From positions 1 through 41,705 of the forward strand of contig JBEKDM010000002.1 in assembly GCA_050014375.1 (NCBI GenBank): 41,705 bases of DNA, in the 5' to 3' direction. Within the stretch, counting starts at the first letter, position 1, and each line of letters starts with the position of its first letter. A program made the position numbers and the translations under genes. Below the pieces are notes generated by a model. The model was not told where the DNA came from, did not search any database, and saw nothing but the letters and a program-made list of their open reading frames with translations. Positions 41,179-41,705 of the stretch are shown in pieces. The DNA is from Methanomassiliicoccales archaeon. GTDB lineage: Archaea; Thermoplasmatota; Thermoplasmata; Methanomassiliicoccales; UBA472.

Positions 41179-41705
41179 CTAGAGCAGTATCTCGTCCTCG
41201 AGGTGCCGGGACAGGTCGACCGTGGTCGCCATCACATCCTGCACCTGGAGCAACATCTTCCATTCGTCCTTGCAGCCGCATTCCAGGCCTTCAAGGAATT
41301 TCGGGTCCTGCTCGAACGAGAAACGCTGGACCGCATCAAGTACCTTTCTGTCACACTTGTCGCAATTGTGAACCCCGCGCAATGTGCCGGCACCGCTCGG
41401 AGAACTGAACAGCCTTGGCCCTCCCTGCTTCCCCCCGGCCTTCAACACCTCGACCAGCGACCATATCCAGGGTGAGCGGTAATCGCCCCTCCGCCACATG
41501 TCCTCGATAACGGTCCCGGACTGGACGTTCACGGGGTTGATGGAAATGCTTTCCGAGTACTGCCTGGCAAACTCGATCGAAACGGTCGTGTCGGCGCCCA
41601 AAACCAGGGCATCCGAGTGCCTCTTTGCCACGGACCGGGCCTTGCGGCAGGCGTTGATCTGCGAGACTTCCAGGGCCGTGAGCTGGTCAGAGTGAATCTC
41701 GGCGG
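41179..41705 (-). CDS. Hypothetical protein with the 5' end outside the window. The C-terminal region carries a 4-Cys cluster.
   Basis: My hand translation shows the minus frame open to the window edge (AEIHSDQLTALEVSQINACRKARSV precedes the listed GTG). The Cys pattern is CDKCD...(27 aa)...CGC. I could not assign a family confidently. Confidence 0.5.
   Translation of the reverse strand, partial: AEIHSDQLTALEVSQINACRKARSVAKRHSDALVLGADTTVSIEFARQYSESISINPVNVQSGTVIEDMWRRGDYRSPWIWSLVEVLKAGGKQGGPRLFSSPSGAGTLRGVHNCDKCDRKVLDAVQRFSFEQDPKFLEGLECGCKDEWKMLLQVQDVMATTVDLSRHLEDEILL

Noticed and set aside
1-41705. Search for CRISPR arrays, tRNA/rRNA genes, transposases, integrases and prophage genes
   Set aside because: - No regularly spaced direct repeats were seen.
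- The intergenic regions (3561-3617, 5989-6372, 11174-11405, 22774-22929, 23308-23389, 24407-24553, 40534-40841) showed no cloverleaf-like tRNA signatures that I could recognise by eye.
- No ORF carries DDE, tyrosine-recombinase or serine-recombinase motifs.
- A covariance-model scan would be needed to rule out small RNAs.

Overview
This is an archaeal chromosomal window. The evidence is eL19, eL32 and eS4 ribosomal proteins, aSUI1, RNase P protein Rpp29, Cbf5, TATA-like boxes about 30 nt upstream of start codons, and GGTGA-type Shine-Dalgarno sites inside operons. The gene content and about 55-60% GC suggest a Thermoplasmata/Methanomassiliicoccales-like euryarchaeon, but that placement is inference only.

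Layout, left to right:
- 2-3560 (+): glpABC, anaerobic glycerol-3-phosphate dehydrogenase.
- 3618-5988: a small 4-Cys protein convergent with a two-gene KaiC/GvpD-like ATPase operon.
- 5989-6372: a 384-bp AT-rich intergenic region.
- 6373-9391 (+): GlmU-type nucleotidyltransferase and glmS.
- 9392-11173 (-): two tandem PD-(D/E)xK nucleases, a CDIN1/TPD-motif homolog followed by a Cas4-like Fe-S nuclease with a four-helix membrane insertion.
- 11406-12382: a membrane/zinc-ribbon protein and a DUF504-like protein.
- 12402-15794: a purine-salvage cluster (ade, a COG2236-type PRT, hpt) with a small Rieske protein inside it.
- 15810-17506 (-): an ABC-2 exporter pair.
- 17608-22773: a very GC-rich block. 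It holds a TctA/DUF112-like membrane protein, a DUF457-like hydrolase, and a translationally coupled module of a P-loop-less RecA/RadB-like protein, a small helical protein and a PolB2-type polymerase with degenerate catalytic motifs.
- 22930-24406 (+): a divergent ACT-domain gene and a compact beta-CASP nuclease.
- 24783-40533 (-): the large ribosomal protein supercluster, running L3 through L15, secY, DUF106, cmk and cbf5.
- 40842-41705 (-): a small conserved gene and a 5'-truncated gene at the right edge.

I recognised no rRNA, tRNA, CRISPR array, transposase or integrase.

The best candidates for an undescribed system are the RecA-like/small protein/PolB2 module with its neighbouring repair-type nuclease, and the CDIN1-like plus membrane-inserted Cas4-like nuclease pair. 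All homology calls rest on motif recognition by eye and need HMM or BLAST confirmation.
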